Positions 54,454 to 64,000 are shown, counted from the stretch's first letter. The stretch: 64,000 bases of DNA from an uncultured Methanoregulaceae archaeon (GCA_963841015.1 CAWJAX010000002.1:128001-192000), one strand, 5' to 3'. A program made the numbers and translations. Notes: a model not told the origin generated them from the sequence alone.

Positions 54454-55479
54454 TCAACCTTGGGAAGTCCCGGTCTTGGCATATTCTGCCTCTTCAGCGA
54501 GTATTTTATACCCGGTCACCGCGAGCGCGACGAGCACCGGGCCAATAATAAAACCCACAATACCCATAAACGGGACTCCGGCAAAGATGCCGATCATCAT
54601 CATGACCGGGGGTATTGCAACCCGTTTTCCCATCATCACCGGGCGGTAATAGAAATCAATCCATCCACTCAGAAGCGGATATCCCACAACAAGGGTGATA
54701 ACCGCACTCCAGGTTTGGCCGAGGCTCAGAAAATAGAAGGTGAAGAAGAGGATCACGATCTGGGCACCGATGAGCGGAATCAGCATGCCAAGACCGATCA
54801 ATGTTGCGAACAGGAAGGGATCATCAACACCCAGAAGGAAGAAGAACGGGATTGCAAGGAGAAATGCTATCAATGCAGCAGAAATCTGGACAATGATAAG
54901 AGCATAGATGGTATTGGCGGAAATTTCTGACATCCTGTCAACAGCCTGGCGAAGTTTTGGGGAAAGGGTACACGTCAGGGTGTCCCATATCTGCTCCCCG
55001 TAATACAACAACATGGAAAGTGAGAGAAAAAATATGATGATGGAAATAAGTGACTGCATGACATTGCCGGACAACGACAGGAGCGATTGCAGCAGTAACT
55101 GGATAAGTGTTTCAGGCATATTGGATACCTGTTTTTCCGTGAAGGTTGGCAGAAAAGCTGAAAAACCGGTATTTTTTAATCCGCTTACCATTGAGGTAAC
55201 CATGGTCCCGATATGGTCGATGCTGCCATACAATATGTTTGACGAGATCGATAGCACGAGCAGGATTACGAGGAGAACCCAGAGGGTAATGAAGGTAACG
55301 GATACTGATGGTTTTACCATTCCCGAAAGCCATTTATGAAATGACATAAGGGCGACAGCGATGGCAGCTGACCATATCAATACGGTCATGAGCGGCCAGA
55401 AAACCAGGATACAGACAATATAAATCGCAGCGATAAGGAGAACCACCTGCTTGTTTTCGCTTACCCTGATACGGTCCAT
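54454..55479 (-). CDS. AI-2E family transporter
   Basis: IPLIG, D.Y.RP..G, GIFAG...MGIVGFIIGP. Confidence 0.9.
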   Translation of the reverse strand: MDRIRVSENKQVVLLIAAIYIVCILVFWPLMTVLIWSAAIAVALMSFHKWLSGMVKPSVSVTFITLWVLLVILLVLSISSNILYGSIDHIGTMVTSMVSGLKNTGFSAFLPTFTEKQVSNMPETLIQLLLQSLLSLSGNVMQSLISIIIFFLSLSMLLYYGEQIWDTLTCTLSPKLRQAVDRMSEISANTIYALIIVQISAALIAFLLAIPFFFLLGVDDPFLFATLIGLGMLIPLIGAQIVILFFTFYFLSLGQTWSAVITLVVGYPLLSGWIDFYYRPVMMGKRVAIPPVMMMIGIFAGVPFMGIVGFIIGPVLVALAVTGYKILAEEAEYAKTGTSQG

Positions 55480-55610
55480 AAATATCAAATCTTTGGCATG
55501 AATTTTTCCTTGCTGCTCTCGAAACAGGGCAATTTCTTTATTGATAGTAACGTTAAATTTTCATTAAAATTTTATTTTTTTACCTGGCAAATTGGAACGC
55601 GAAAAAATAT

Positions 55611-55772
55611 TTAAAATGCCCCAAACAGGAAGGTAATAATCGCGATAATTATGAAGATAATTACCAGGATCTTCGCTATTTCCATAGAAAACCCGGCAAC
55701 CCCTCTGGCACCTAATATGTAGAACACTAATGCCAAAACCAGGAATACTACGGCGAGCCATATTAAATCCAT
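55611..55772 (-). CDS. DUF1328 (YtjA/UPF0391) small membrane protein (not in ORF track)
   Basis: [53 protein letters not shown]. Confidence 0.85.
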   Translation of the reverse strand: MDLIWLAVVFLVLALVFYILGARGVAGFSMEIAKILVIIFIIIAIITFLFGAF

Positions 55773-55784
55773 ACTCTTAACCTC

Positions 55785-56009
55785 CTACTTCTTCTTCAAA
55801 TCTGATCCGGCCTTGTGTACCGCAATTTTTGCGTCAGAAACCGCTTTGTGGACACCCATCTTTGCATCATCTGATACATTCTGTGCATCCTCTCCGGCAC
55901 CCTTCAGGGCATTATGTACGACTACCGATGCATCATCATATGCCGTATGTGCTGCCACGTTGGCGTCATCAGCGGCTTTGCTGGCTTTTACTTTTAGATT
56001 GTCCGTCAA
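55785..56009 (-). CDS. LEA-like protein with 11-mer repeats
   Basis: TTG start after GGGAG; KAADDANVAAH/TAYDDASVVVH/NVSDDAKMGVH/KAVSDAKIAVH. Confidence 0.7.
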   Translation of the reverse strand: MTDNLKVKASKAADDANVAAHTAYDDASVVVHNALKGAGEDAQNVSDDAKMGVHKAVSDAKIAVHKAGSDLKKK

Positions 56010-56289
56010 TTCGTTTTCAACTCCCTTCCCTGATATGATTTTCTTCAATACATTATCATAAAATTTTTTTATCCATATCAGAGTATGCCCTTTTTTAATA
56101 GGATAGTATATACTTCTAACCTCTTTTTGCAAAATCTGAAACAATCGGGAATTTCCCGTGCTGATTACAGAAAAAATGGGTATTCTGCTGATTTTTGATC
56201 TTTCAAATTTTATAATAAAAAGGGGGTGATCACTCATCTATTTATGTTGTTGGCGGTAATTTCAAGCACCTTATACAAGAAGGAATCAA

Positions 56290-56502
56290 TCATTTCTTTT
56301 TCTTCGATTTTGATCCTGACCCGTGTGCAGCGCTTTTAGGAGCAGAAACAACTTTGTGTTTTACCTCATCTGATGCTTTCGGTACTTTCGTTCCGGGATG
56401 TTCCAACTGGTCAAGCGAAGCGGTGACATCATCATGCATTTTAAGGGTGGCTTTTTCTGATGCTTTCTCTGCTTTCATGGCTTTGCTGTCTTTATCAGTC
56501 AT
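56290..56502 (-). CDS. Small hydrophilic (hydrophilin-like) protein
   Basis: K/S/A-rich; leader and RBS similar to the 56009 gene. Confidence 0.65.
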   Translation of the reverse strand: MTDKDSKAMKAEKASEKATLKMHDDVTASLDQLEHPGTKVPKASDEVKHKVVSAPKSAAHGSGSKSKKKK

Positions 56503-56983
56503 AATGTCTTCAACTCCTTTCCCTGACAGGTATCAATGGAATTATTTTATATCCAATAATCATTCTACCGACACCAGGGCAGACTGGAATAAGGTTGAAT
56601 GAATATAAAATTCTTATTTGTTTTTCCAAAATCTGAAACGAACAAGAATTTTTCGTGTTGAGTGGCTGAGAACGCGAAAAAGAACATATACAATTCCGCT
56701 GGTCATCATTCGTAGGTATCGGCCATATCTCTTACATCGTACTTGTAAACCGAGCTGACTGAAACATCCAAAATACCTTAAAAATACATTTCATTTTCAA
56801 TTTTTGTAATATCAAATAAGTTTTATATGCAAGCTCATCGTGTAGTGTCATACTCTTGTGTGGTTATTTGATCAGGTGAAATTTTCGGATAATCCGCTAT
56901 CCCATAAAAACAATTTCACCTGGGAAAAAAGAACTGCATTTGCGAGAATGATGGGCAATCTCAGGAAAAACTTGGTGATTTAC

Positions 56984-57661
56984 ATGGATGATTTAACTTC
57001 ACGAGATCAGGAAAAAGCACGGGAAAAGGACCTGAAAGCCGAACAGGACCGGCAGCGGGATGAGCAAAAAGCCCGGGAACAGGCTGCAGAAAAAGGACGG
57101 AAAGAGGAACAGGACCGGCAGAAGGAACGTGAACAGGCGACAGAGAAGGGACGGAAACAAGGACTGGAACAGGAACGGGCACGGCAAAAGGCAAAGGGAG
57201 GTTCGGGGGGGATCATCATCGCCCTCCTTGTTGTTATTGTTATCGTCTTCGCTGCTATTGCCTGGTTCTCACTGAGCGAGACGGTTACCGATGTAACCCC
57301 AGGAACCCCGTTACCGTTCACGACAAACTATGCGGTTTCATTTCCTGAAGGCCAGACAACTACCCTCGGCAATTCCCGCATCAACGTAATGTGGTTCGAA
57401 AACGAGCTCATTACGGATATTGATGGCGCCAAACAGAAACTGGTGGTAGGTGAGGAAAGAGTTTTATCTGAACGGCGAGGGGTAACAAAAGCACTTGGCG
57501 TAATCACGCTTATGGATATAAACTATGTAATTAACCTGAAATATAAAGGTGAACGGGACGGCCGGGCGTACTTCGATATGGCAGTCCACACCTCAAAACA
57601 GGTACCGGATATCCTCCTCAAACGGATGCTTCCCCCCGAAATAGATGCACGATCCCCGTGA
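56984..57661 (+). CDS. Single-TM protein with charged N-terminal repeats
   Basis: EQDRQ..REQA.EKGRK repeats, then a TM. Confidence 0.75.
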   Translation: MDDLTSRDQEKAREKDLKAEQDRQRDEQKAREQAAEKGRKEEQDRQKEREQATEKGRKQGLEQERARQKAKGGSGGIIIALLVVIVIVFAAIAWFSLSETVTDVTPGTPLPFTTNYAVSFPEGQTTTLGNSRINVMWFENELITDIDGAKQKLVVGEERVLSERRGVTKALGVITLMDINYVINLKYKGERDGRAYFDMAVHTSKQVPDILLKRMLPPEIDARSP

Positions 57662-57674
57662 GCGGAGGGTTTGC

Positions 57675-58364
57675 ATGAACATCAGGTATACAATCACATT
57701 TTTTGGAGTTCTGTGTATTGCACTCCTTTTCTCGGGATGCACCAATACATCCCCGCAAGTCCCGGCACCGACTCCGGTTCCCACTACCGCTGCAATGGTG
57801 ACACTCTCGCCAACCCCGACCGCAGTCCCCTTTCCGAATGCGCTGGCCCTGAATGAGTACGCCACCTTCGGGAGTGGGAATATGATCGGTAAGGCAACAA
57901 TCTACGGGTATGACATAAAACCAGGCTATAACTGGACGGCACCGTCATGGAACAGCCCCGGCGAGCAGGCAGCTGCATCCCAGCCGCTTGACATCCAGCG
58001 TGGTTATAACAGGGAAAAGCCTCAGGAAGGCAATACCTTCCTTTTCGTGCATGTCCGTGTCCTGAATACAGGGAAAAATGCCGTGTATGCTCCCTCAGCA
58101 AAACAGTTTGTGGTGAACAATAACGGGACGCTCTACAATTATTCGCCAGTCTATGGTTCCGATGTGATTATTGATAAAGTTCCGGGGACACAGTACGATT
58201 ACCAGATCGGGCGGGGCGGAACCGTCGGCTACATCCAACCCGGAGAAAGTAATGCTGCAGATGGCTATCTCATCTACGAAATACCGGCGACATTCTCTCC
58301 CAATACGACATACGTGGTAAGTAATCTCGACTATCAGAATAAGGCAGTATGGAAACTTGGATGA
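57675..58364 (+). CDS. DUF4352-like lipoprotein
   Basis: FSGCT lipobox; FLFVHVRVLNTG, IQPGE..DGYLIYEIP. Confidence 0.75.
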   Translation: MNIRYTITFFGVLCIALLFSGCTNTSPQVPAPTPVPTTAAMVTLSPTPTAVPFPNALALNEYATFGSGNMIGKATIYGYDIKPGYNWTAPSWNSPGEQAAASQPLDIQRGYNREKPQEGNTFLFVHVRVLNTGKNAVYAPSAKQFVVNNNGTLYNYSPVYGSDVIIDKVPGTQYDYQIGRGGTVGYIQPGESNAADGYLIYEIPATFSPNTTYVVSNLDYQNKAVWKLG

Positions 58365-58737
58365 TTGAGGATGTTCCTCTATTTCTTTCAGTCACCAGCC
58401 AGGGGGGTAGACGCGAAGATGTATCCGGTCCCGGACCTCCCGTTCGGCCAGTATCCCATCTCCTGACGCGAAGGCACTGCAAAAATCTTATCCCCTGGCT
58501 TCTTACCAGATCAAGCACCGTAGAGCTTTGATCCCGATACATGGAAACATAAGGCCCAGATCTTCACCCTCATGCTTGATGTCCACATCGGTGCGAGTGT
58601 CCCTGCTAATGCCAACCGAACGCAAACATGAATGTCGCTGTGAACATTCAAGTTTTTTGAACCATCTCTACAGAGTCCAATTCAGCGCAAATTATAAAAC
58701 CAAAGGTGATGAACAGACACTTTAACGGAAGTAAATT

Positions 58738-58902
58738 ATGGACTGGCTCTTAACGCTTGGTATACTGTTTATCATTATTGCCGTTATATTTGTAATTCTT
58801 GGATTTATCGGGAGAATAGCATGGACAATTGCAAAGTGGATTATTATCATCTTGATTATCCTTGCGTTAATTTCCCTCATCATGGGAAATCCCCTCTTTT
58901 AA
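58738..58902 (+). CDS. DUF1328-like small membrane protein (not in ORF track)
   Basis: MDWLLTLGILFIIIAVIFVILGFIGRIAWTIAKWIIIILIILALISLIMGNPLF*. Confidence 0.7.
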   Translation: MDWLLTLGILFIIIAVIFVILGFIGRIAWTIAKWIIIILIILALISLIMGNPLF

Positions 58903-58983
58903 CGAAGCGCTCGGTGAAATATTCCGTGCCACATACGAAAATACCCCCACCCTGTTAAATGCAAACAGGTGCAACTATGCAAT

Positions 58984-59174
58984 ATGTCAAAAATTAACCT
59001 GCAACAAACTTTGAAGAAACCGTTTTCAGAATGGACAGATGAAGAGAAATTATTTTTTTTCATGATTTATTAGGTCATCACCATAGGCCGCCACCAGGAT
59101 ATAGCGAGACGATGCCGGATAAGGTGATCTATTCTCCCGATGAGAACCTTTTGTATCGGTTGAGTAAAGATTAA
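58984..59174 (+). CDS. Small hypothetical protein (T-run frameshift near 59055)
   Basis: MSKINLQQTLKKPFSEWTDEEKLFF, then HDLLGHHHRPPPGY...RLSKD* in the shifted frame. Confidence 0.4.
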
Positions 59175-59583
59175 TTTCTGCTCAATGGCATTCAAAATAA
59201 TCCGCGATCCTTGAGATCTGCCAACAGAACGCGAATATGAGGGTCCATGACCATGTATGATGGTTTAATGATAAGGAGGTAGTGAGTCCATCATCCACCA
59301 TGGGCGATAATTCTCACAACCCCTCACACGTTTTTTTAATTGTTGGCCAAGTGTCATCCTGCCGTATAGCCAACATTTGTCTCCAGTCTTATAATTACAC
59401 TCTTTACATGAGATCAACCTGAACAGAGCCATACCTAAGGAATTAAAAGCACATGTATAATTAATTCACAAACCGCTGCGGGTTCGACAAAAGAACCCTT
59501 TGATTATATCCTCACTGCCACGAGAAGAAAACCAATAAGTTCAAAATAATAAAAATCATACAAACCTTTTGTGGTGGTCATGT

Positions 59584-59808
59584 ATGCCCTGGGTCTCATG
59601 CAAAATATGTAACGGTAAAGGACAAATCTCTGACCCGAAGCAACCAGGATGGGAAGCAAAAGAATTCGGACAAAAATATAGAGAATGTCCAAATCGTGAT
59701 TGCCTAAGTGGAAAAATTTACATTAGCAAATACACGTCCGATTTTCATAATCAGTATGTGCCATCAGATCAGGAAATAGCTGCCCAAAAAACGAGAATCC
59801 AACAATAA
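59584..59808 (+). CDS. Small zinc-finger protein
   Basis: CKICNGKG...CPNRDCLSG. Confidence 0.6.
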   Translation: MPWVSCKICNGKGQISDPKQPGWEAKEFGQKYRECPNRDCLSGKIYISKYTSDFHNQYVPSDQEIAAQKTRIQQ

Positions 59809-60097
59809 AGTAAAATACAATTTTATCGGTGAGGATATAACCATCCCTTCAGTATATGAGATCTGCCAACCGAACGTGAATATAAACGTCTTTGCAACAC
59901 TTTAAAAGAACAGGGCGGAAACACTCCGCCCATTATAGGTGTTTCCGGGTTCCTTCAAGGCATTGGAGAGCTCGTCCTTGGGAGTTGGGTCGCAGAATGA
60001 TAGTGTGGAGTCATCGCTCTGATGACGTATCGAAAAGAAAATACATAAAAACATATCTCTTCTTAACAAATCTGGAACGCCAATATGAAGATTAAAA

Positions 60098-60286
60098 TTA
60101 ATATTTTTTTATTCCTGTTTTTATTCGAAAAAGAACGTCAGCAGTTAATACAGGAATATTATGTTCAGATTCCATGTGTTCAATGAGTTGTCTTATGATC
60201 TCTCGTTCAGTTGTTCCCTTTACTTCGAAAGAACAATCCATGCCCAGATCTCCGCATTTAATTGAAGCCAATGGAATGCGTTCCAT
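60098..60286 (-). CDS. DUF1059 metal-binding protein
   Basis: KCGDLGMDCSF...TE.E....EH...EH. Confidence 0.85.
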   Translation of the reverse strand: MERIPLASIKCGDLGMDCSFEVKGTTEREIIRQLIEHMESEHNIPVLTADVLFRIKTGIKKY

Positions 60287-60499
60287 TTCATCTGATCCTG
60301 GTCGTCCTTCCGATAACAACTGCATTCCTGATCTCCCGTTTTGTTCTGAATCTCCATAAGTAAGAACACCCTATCTTTTTCCTATAAAAGAGGAAATGTT
60401 TAAGATTATTCCCAAGAAACAGATTTTGACACAAATTTTGAAATAATCAGAGAATATACCCCGCCCTCAGTATCTGCCAACAGAAAGCGGATTAGAGAC

Positions 60500-60775
60500 T
60501 CACAAGACGCGTTCTGTTGAAAATGAACATCCTTTAGGAAGAGGAATATCCCCGTCGGGATATGTCGCGCACCGCCGAGGTCTCTTCTCATAAATTCCAC
60601 AGGTGTTATCTGATTGAAGATGCGGGCAGATATTTTGAATCCATAAAATTTCCGTCACGGGATTATATTCCCACCCCCTGCATGCACAATATTCAATATC
60701 ATCAGGAGTTGCATTTGCAAGGTGAAGTACGACCCATCGGCAGCACTCTCCACAGTGTCGGCATTCCGGTGGCAT
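60500..60775 (-). CDS. YkgJ family cysteine-cluster protein
   Basis: CRHCGECC...CPHL...CGIYEKRPRRCATYP. Confidence 0.88.
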   Translation of the reverse strand: MPPECRHCGECCRWVVLHLANATPDDIEYCACRGWEYNPVTEILWIQNICPHLQSDNTCGIYEKRPRRCATYPDGDIPLPKGCSFSTERVL

Positions 60776-61012
60776 GGTAATTGTAAAAAATAGTATTTCG
60801 ATAATTAATGAAAATTTGCACGAATTGAAATCTGACAACAGAACACGAATATGACCATTTTATAATTTCTCATTCTGAATGACGATTACTACGGTACACT
60901 TTTTCATTACGCATAGTATATTTTTATAGATCCCTTAATTTTGAAAAATAAGGATAATTAGAGGGTATTTAGATATCTTCCAGAGGTAAAAGGTTATTAT
61001 TTTTATTGAATT

Positions 61013-61360
61013 CTAATCCTCCAAAAAGTCTGAGAGATGATATTTTTTTGTACTTAAATTAATAGTAACAGATTTTTCATTTTTTTTCGCATCACCGATA
61101 ATTTTTTCGATTCTTGGCATTAATTTTTTATAGACTTTCTCTTCTAATTCAGCCTTTTTTTTATTTTTGTCATCTATCCCTTTATCAAACGATATTTTGT
61201 AAATGGTTCCTAAAGTACCATAAGGATTCTTTACATCAATCAATATTTCTCCTTTATAGTCATTATCTGTAAGCCCTGTCTCTACTATACGAGGAGTTAG
61301 GAGAGTTAATTCATCGATATCAATCCAACTTTTCCCATCAGCCGTTTTTATCTTTGACAT
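61013..61360 (-). CDS. AT-rich hypothetical protein
   Basis: Clean 115-aa ORF between repeat copies. Confidence 0.65.
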   Translation of the reverse strand: MSKIKTADGKSWIDIDELTLLTPRIVETGLTDNDYKGEILIDVKNPYGTLGTIYKISFDKGIDDKNKKKAELEEKVYKKLMPRIEKIIGDAKKNEKSVTINLSTKKYHLSDFLED

Positions 61361-61582
61361 AAACGAGAATATAGTATATTCAGATAATAAAACATTCTTT
61401 TAAAAAAAGGGATATAACCCCTCGAGCCCCTGCTAACCGCTAACAGATCACGAATATGCGAGTTACATGAGAAGCAGGGTGTGGGAGACCCGATGAAAGT
61501 TGTGGAATATATGGATCCTCACAATGGTTATTAAATAATTTATTAATAAATTCTGGTCTATGTTTTACGCAAAGTGCTGGTC

Positions 61583-62005
61583 TTAGCTTTTATTGAGCAT
61601 TTCCCGTGCGAACTTTTTTGCGTTATCCAGGTCTTCGGTGCCGGGATGACCGCGGTTCACGAATAAAAATTTCCCTTTGCAGTGATAGCTTCCCATGACA
61701 GTGGCACCCTTCTGCTGCACCATATCCGCCATCACGGAGATCAGTTTTTGCCCTCCTGCAAGACTTGCCGCGGTGCCGAACAAGGCGACCTTGCGTCCCG
61801 TAAGGTTTCCGGACCCGATGAATTTCAGCATCGCCTCCCCTGGTTTACCACCATACGTACCACTGCCAAGGAACAGGAGCTGTGCGTCGTTTTGGGGGGT
61901 TGCCGCCACATCCATTGCCGTAATACCCACCTCTCCGGCGATGGCATCTGCCACTTTCCTGGTATTTCCACCCCGGGAATCAACCAGTACAGAAACTTCA
62001 GTCAT
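61583..62005 (-). CDS. Flavodoxin family protein
   Basis: SRGGNTRKVA, LGSGTYG, VALFGT, GHP..EDL..A..F. Confidence 0.9.
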   Translation of the reverse strand: MTEVSVLVDSRGGNTRKVADAIAGEVGITAMDVAATPQNDAQLLFLGSGTYGGKPGEAMLKFIGSGNLTGRKVALFGTAASLAGGQKLISVMADMVQQKGATVMGSYHCKGKFLFVNRGHPGTEDLDNAKKFAREMLNKS

Positions 62006-62114
62006 ATTTTCAAATGTATGATTATCTGCCTTAAAAATGATCGTGGTAACCCCATGGGGTTTTATTTTTTATGAAGTTCACCGGTCATACACTTCACGAG
62101 CTGAAGGACGATTA

Positions 62115-62685
62115 TTATTTTTTGTTGATCTCTTCCCTGAACCGGTGAAAGAGATCGTACATTGCCTGCCGGATTTCATTGCCAACATCCCCCCAGGATG
62201 TGCAGACCGGGGATGCCTGAGAGTCTGATTCTGTATCCCGGGGTACATCATCTCGTACTGTTTCCGGGTAAAATATCCGTACATACCCGGTAATTACGAC
62301 GATGAAAAAGACAAGGAGATACAAGATAGTCTTAACATTCAAAAACATGGCCGACATTCCGGGACCGTACCCACAGATCAAAGAAATCCAGCAGGATGAA
62401 GATCAGGCTGACGACCAGCAAGCTTCCCAGCCCGGAAATGAGCGGTCCCGGAATATTGAAGGGATATTGAAACGAGAAGAAAATATCGGCCACCATAAAC
62501 ACTATCCCCATCGTAATGATCAGGGTGAGGTTATCCATCAATAATTCGACAAATCCAAGCAGGAATGCATTGTGGAACCAGGATGCGAGATAGCCGAGTA
62601 TCACAAGGAGAACCAGAAATACGATAATACCGGTCAGGTCTGATATGACCGCACACCACGGGGATCTGTTGTTAGAGAATTTCAT
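62115..62685 (-). CDS. Membrane protein, +1 frameshift near 62371
   Basis: ORFs 62332 and 62115 join into a four-TM protein; extra C in gtaccc. Confidence 0.7.
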
Positions 62686-62731
62686 ACCGTACACCTGTTC
62701 TTTCTTATATCCGGGTAATTACCGGTAAAAA

Positions 62732-63544
62732 TCATATCCTTGTGATCAACTCACTCCGGGAAAAGATCCGGATTCCTGTCCAGATCAGGACGGCATCAAT
62801 GGCAAAGAACACCAGACCGACAAGGACTGCCACCAAAGGTGAAAGGAATAGCAGTCCCATACTCTGGGCAACCATCAGGAAAATAATCAGGATGACGAGT
62901 ATGCTGGATGCCTGGTAGGCTTCCATGAAAGTACTGACTCGTGTCGAGATGATCACCGTTGCCGAGACCCCGAGCAGGGCAACCGCGGGAACGACAAAGA
63001 TCATGAGGGCCAGCCAGCTCTCTGTCGGGAACCAGATCCTGCCCATGACCGGGTAGCCGGCAATGTTTGTCACAAGTGCAAAGATCAGGAAATTCACCCA
63101 GGTATACACAACAGCCGGAATGAATGAGGCAAAAAGTTTGCCGAGGAATAACTCTGCATCGGTTGCGGGTGTGTAGAGGAGGGCTTCCAGAGTCTTTCGC
63201 TCTTTTTCCCCGACAAATGCCTCTGCTGCTATCATGCACGAGAGGATCAGCGGCAGTATGAGGAAGAGCGGTGCGATGAGGTACCCGAGGATGAGGACAA
63301 TCGGGAATTGCGCGGGAGAGAGTGTTCCCATCTGTTCAAGAAAAGCCGCAGGAATGCTGGCAGACAATTCATCGAAAGAAGGCTGAGTGCTTCCCGTTGT
63401 GACGACAGCGATCTGGGTGATAAGAAGCGGAAGACCAATGGCAAATATCACGGAAAGCACGATAGCGCCGGAGACAGCAATACGGTTTTTTGCTACCTCG
63501 AAGAGATCCTTTTCCGCAATTGCCCGGATAAACTGCCAGTTCAC
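62732..63544 (-). CDS. ABC transporter permease
   Basis: FVGEKERKTLEALLYTP.TD.ELFLGK. Confidence 0.9.
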   Translation of the reverse strand: MNWQFIRAIAEKDLFEVAKNRIAVSGAIVLSVIFAIGLPLLITQIAVVTTGSTQPSFDELSASIPAAFLEQMGTLSPAQFPIVLILGYLIAPLFLILPLILSCMIAAEAFVGEKERKTLEALLYTPATDAELFLGKLFASFIPAVVYTWVNFLIFALVTNIAGYPVMGRIWFPTESWLALMIFVVPAVALLGVSATVIISTRVSTFMEAYQASSILVILIIFLMVAQSMGLLFLSPLVAVLVGLVFFAIDAVLIWTGIRIFSRSELITRI

Positions 63545-64000
63545 AGGACACTCCCTCCCTGGTCCTGGACGGCAAAATAAATCTCCTCAAGCGAGTAATC
63601 CCTCGGCGTGATTCGGAAGATCTCACCGCCATTGCTTACCACGATCCGGATCACTGCCGGTACAAGATCTTTTTGTGCAACCCTGATGGTTACCGTGGTA
63701 TCAGCCTGACTGTCAACAATTACCCCTTCCATCTCCCGTATCTTACCGATGACAGAAGACGGCGGGGGGGTGAGAAATTCCATTTCCACGGGCACTGCTT
63801 TCCAGAGTCGCTCCGTAAGATCATGGATACTTCCCTGGGCGAGAATCTTTCCTTTATTGATCATCGCCACGCGGGAGCAGAGGTGCTGGGCCTGGTTGAG
63901 ATTGTGCGTACACAAAAAAATTGTTTTTCCATTGTCCGCTGCGAGCTCCCGGATAATCCCCTCCACCTGACGTGATGCTTCCGGGTCAAGACCCGAGGTA
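63541..64000 (-). CDS. ABC ATP-binding protein, 3' part
   Basis: TSGLDPEA, LCTHNL..A..LC.RV, SLEEIY. Confidence 0.88.
   Translation of the reverse strand, partial: TSGLDPEASRQVEGIIRELAADNGKTIFLCTHNLNQAQHLCSRVAMINKGKILAQGSIHDLTERLWKAVPVEMEFLTPPPSSVIGKIREMEGVIVDSQADTTVTIRVAQKDLVPAVIRIVVSNGGEIFRITPRDYSLEEIYFAVQDQGGSVL

Larger units (their letters stand above)
58607..61459 (+). repeat. Array of seven ~25-bp direct repeats separating small genes
   Basis: Copies at 58607, 59216, 59861, 60070 (lacks CCAACA), 60472, 60830 and 61435; consensus ATCTGCCAACAGAACRCGAATATGA; outlier at 51196. Confidence 0.85.

Noticed and set aside
58607-61459. CRISPR interpretation of the 25-bp repeats
   Set aside because: Spacers are 200-650 bp and contain genes, the repeats are degenerate, and there are no cas genes.

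Overview
Accessory-rich 64-kb window, most likely from a methanogenic archaeon (Methanomicrobiales, Methanoregula-like). The taxon is inferred from the DUF2193-DUF2180-MIP operon, an archaellin-like domain, GCT lipoboxes and TATA-type promoters. No rRNA, tRNA, CRISPR array, integrase or transposase was seen. It holds ABC exporters, rsgA, five toxin-antitoxin pairs plus Fic, a four-gene nuclease/helicase/HIT locus (19.7-25.3 kb), a sulfur transport/persulfide operon, gdhA and a bacterial-type stress cluster with a shared promoter motif. The most striking signal is at 58.6-61.5 kb: a ~25-bp repeat (consensus ATCTGCCAACAGAACRCGAATATGA) occurs 7 times in direct orientation and separates small AT-rich genes, like a gene-cassette array with attC-like half-sites. 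Four cargo modules are also bracketed by direct repeats. Many genes carry single-base indels, probably long-read errors, five of them at GTAC. All family calls come from motif recognition by eye; no searches were run.
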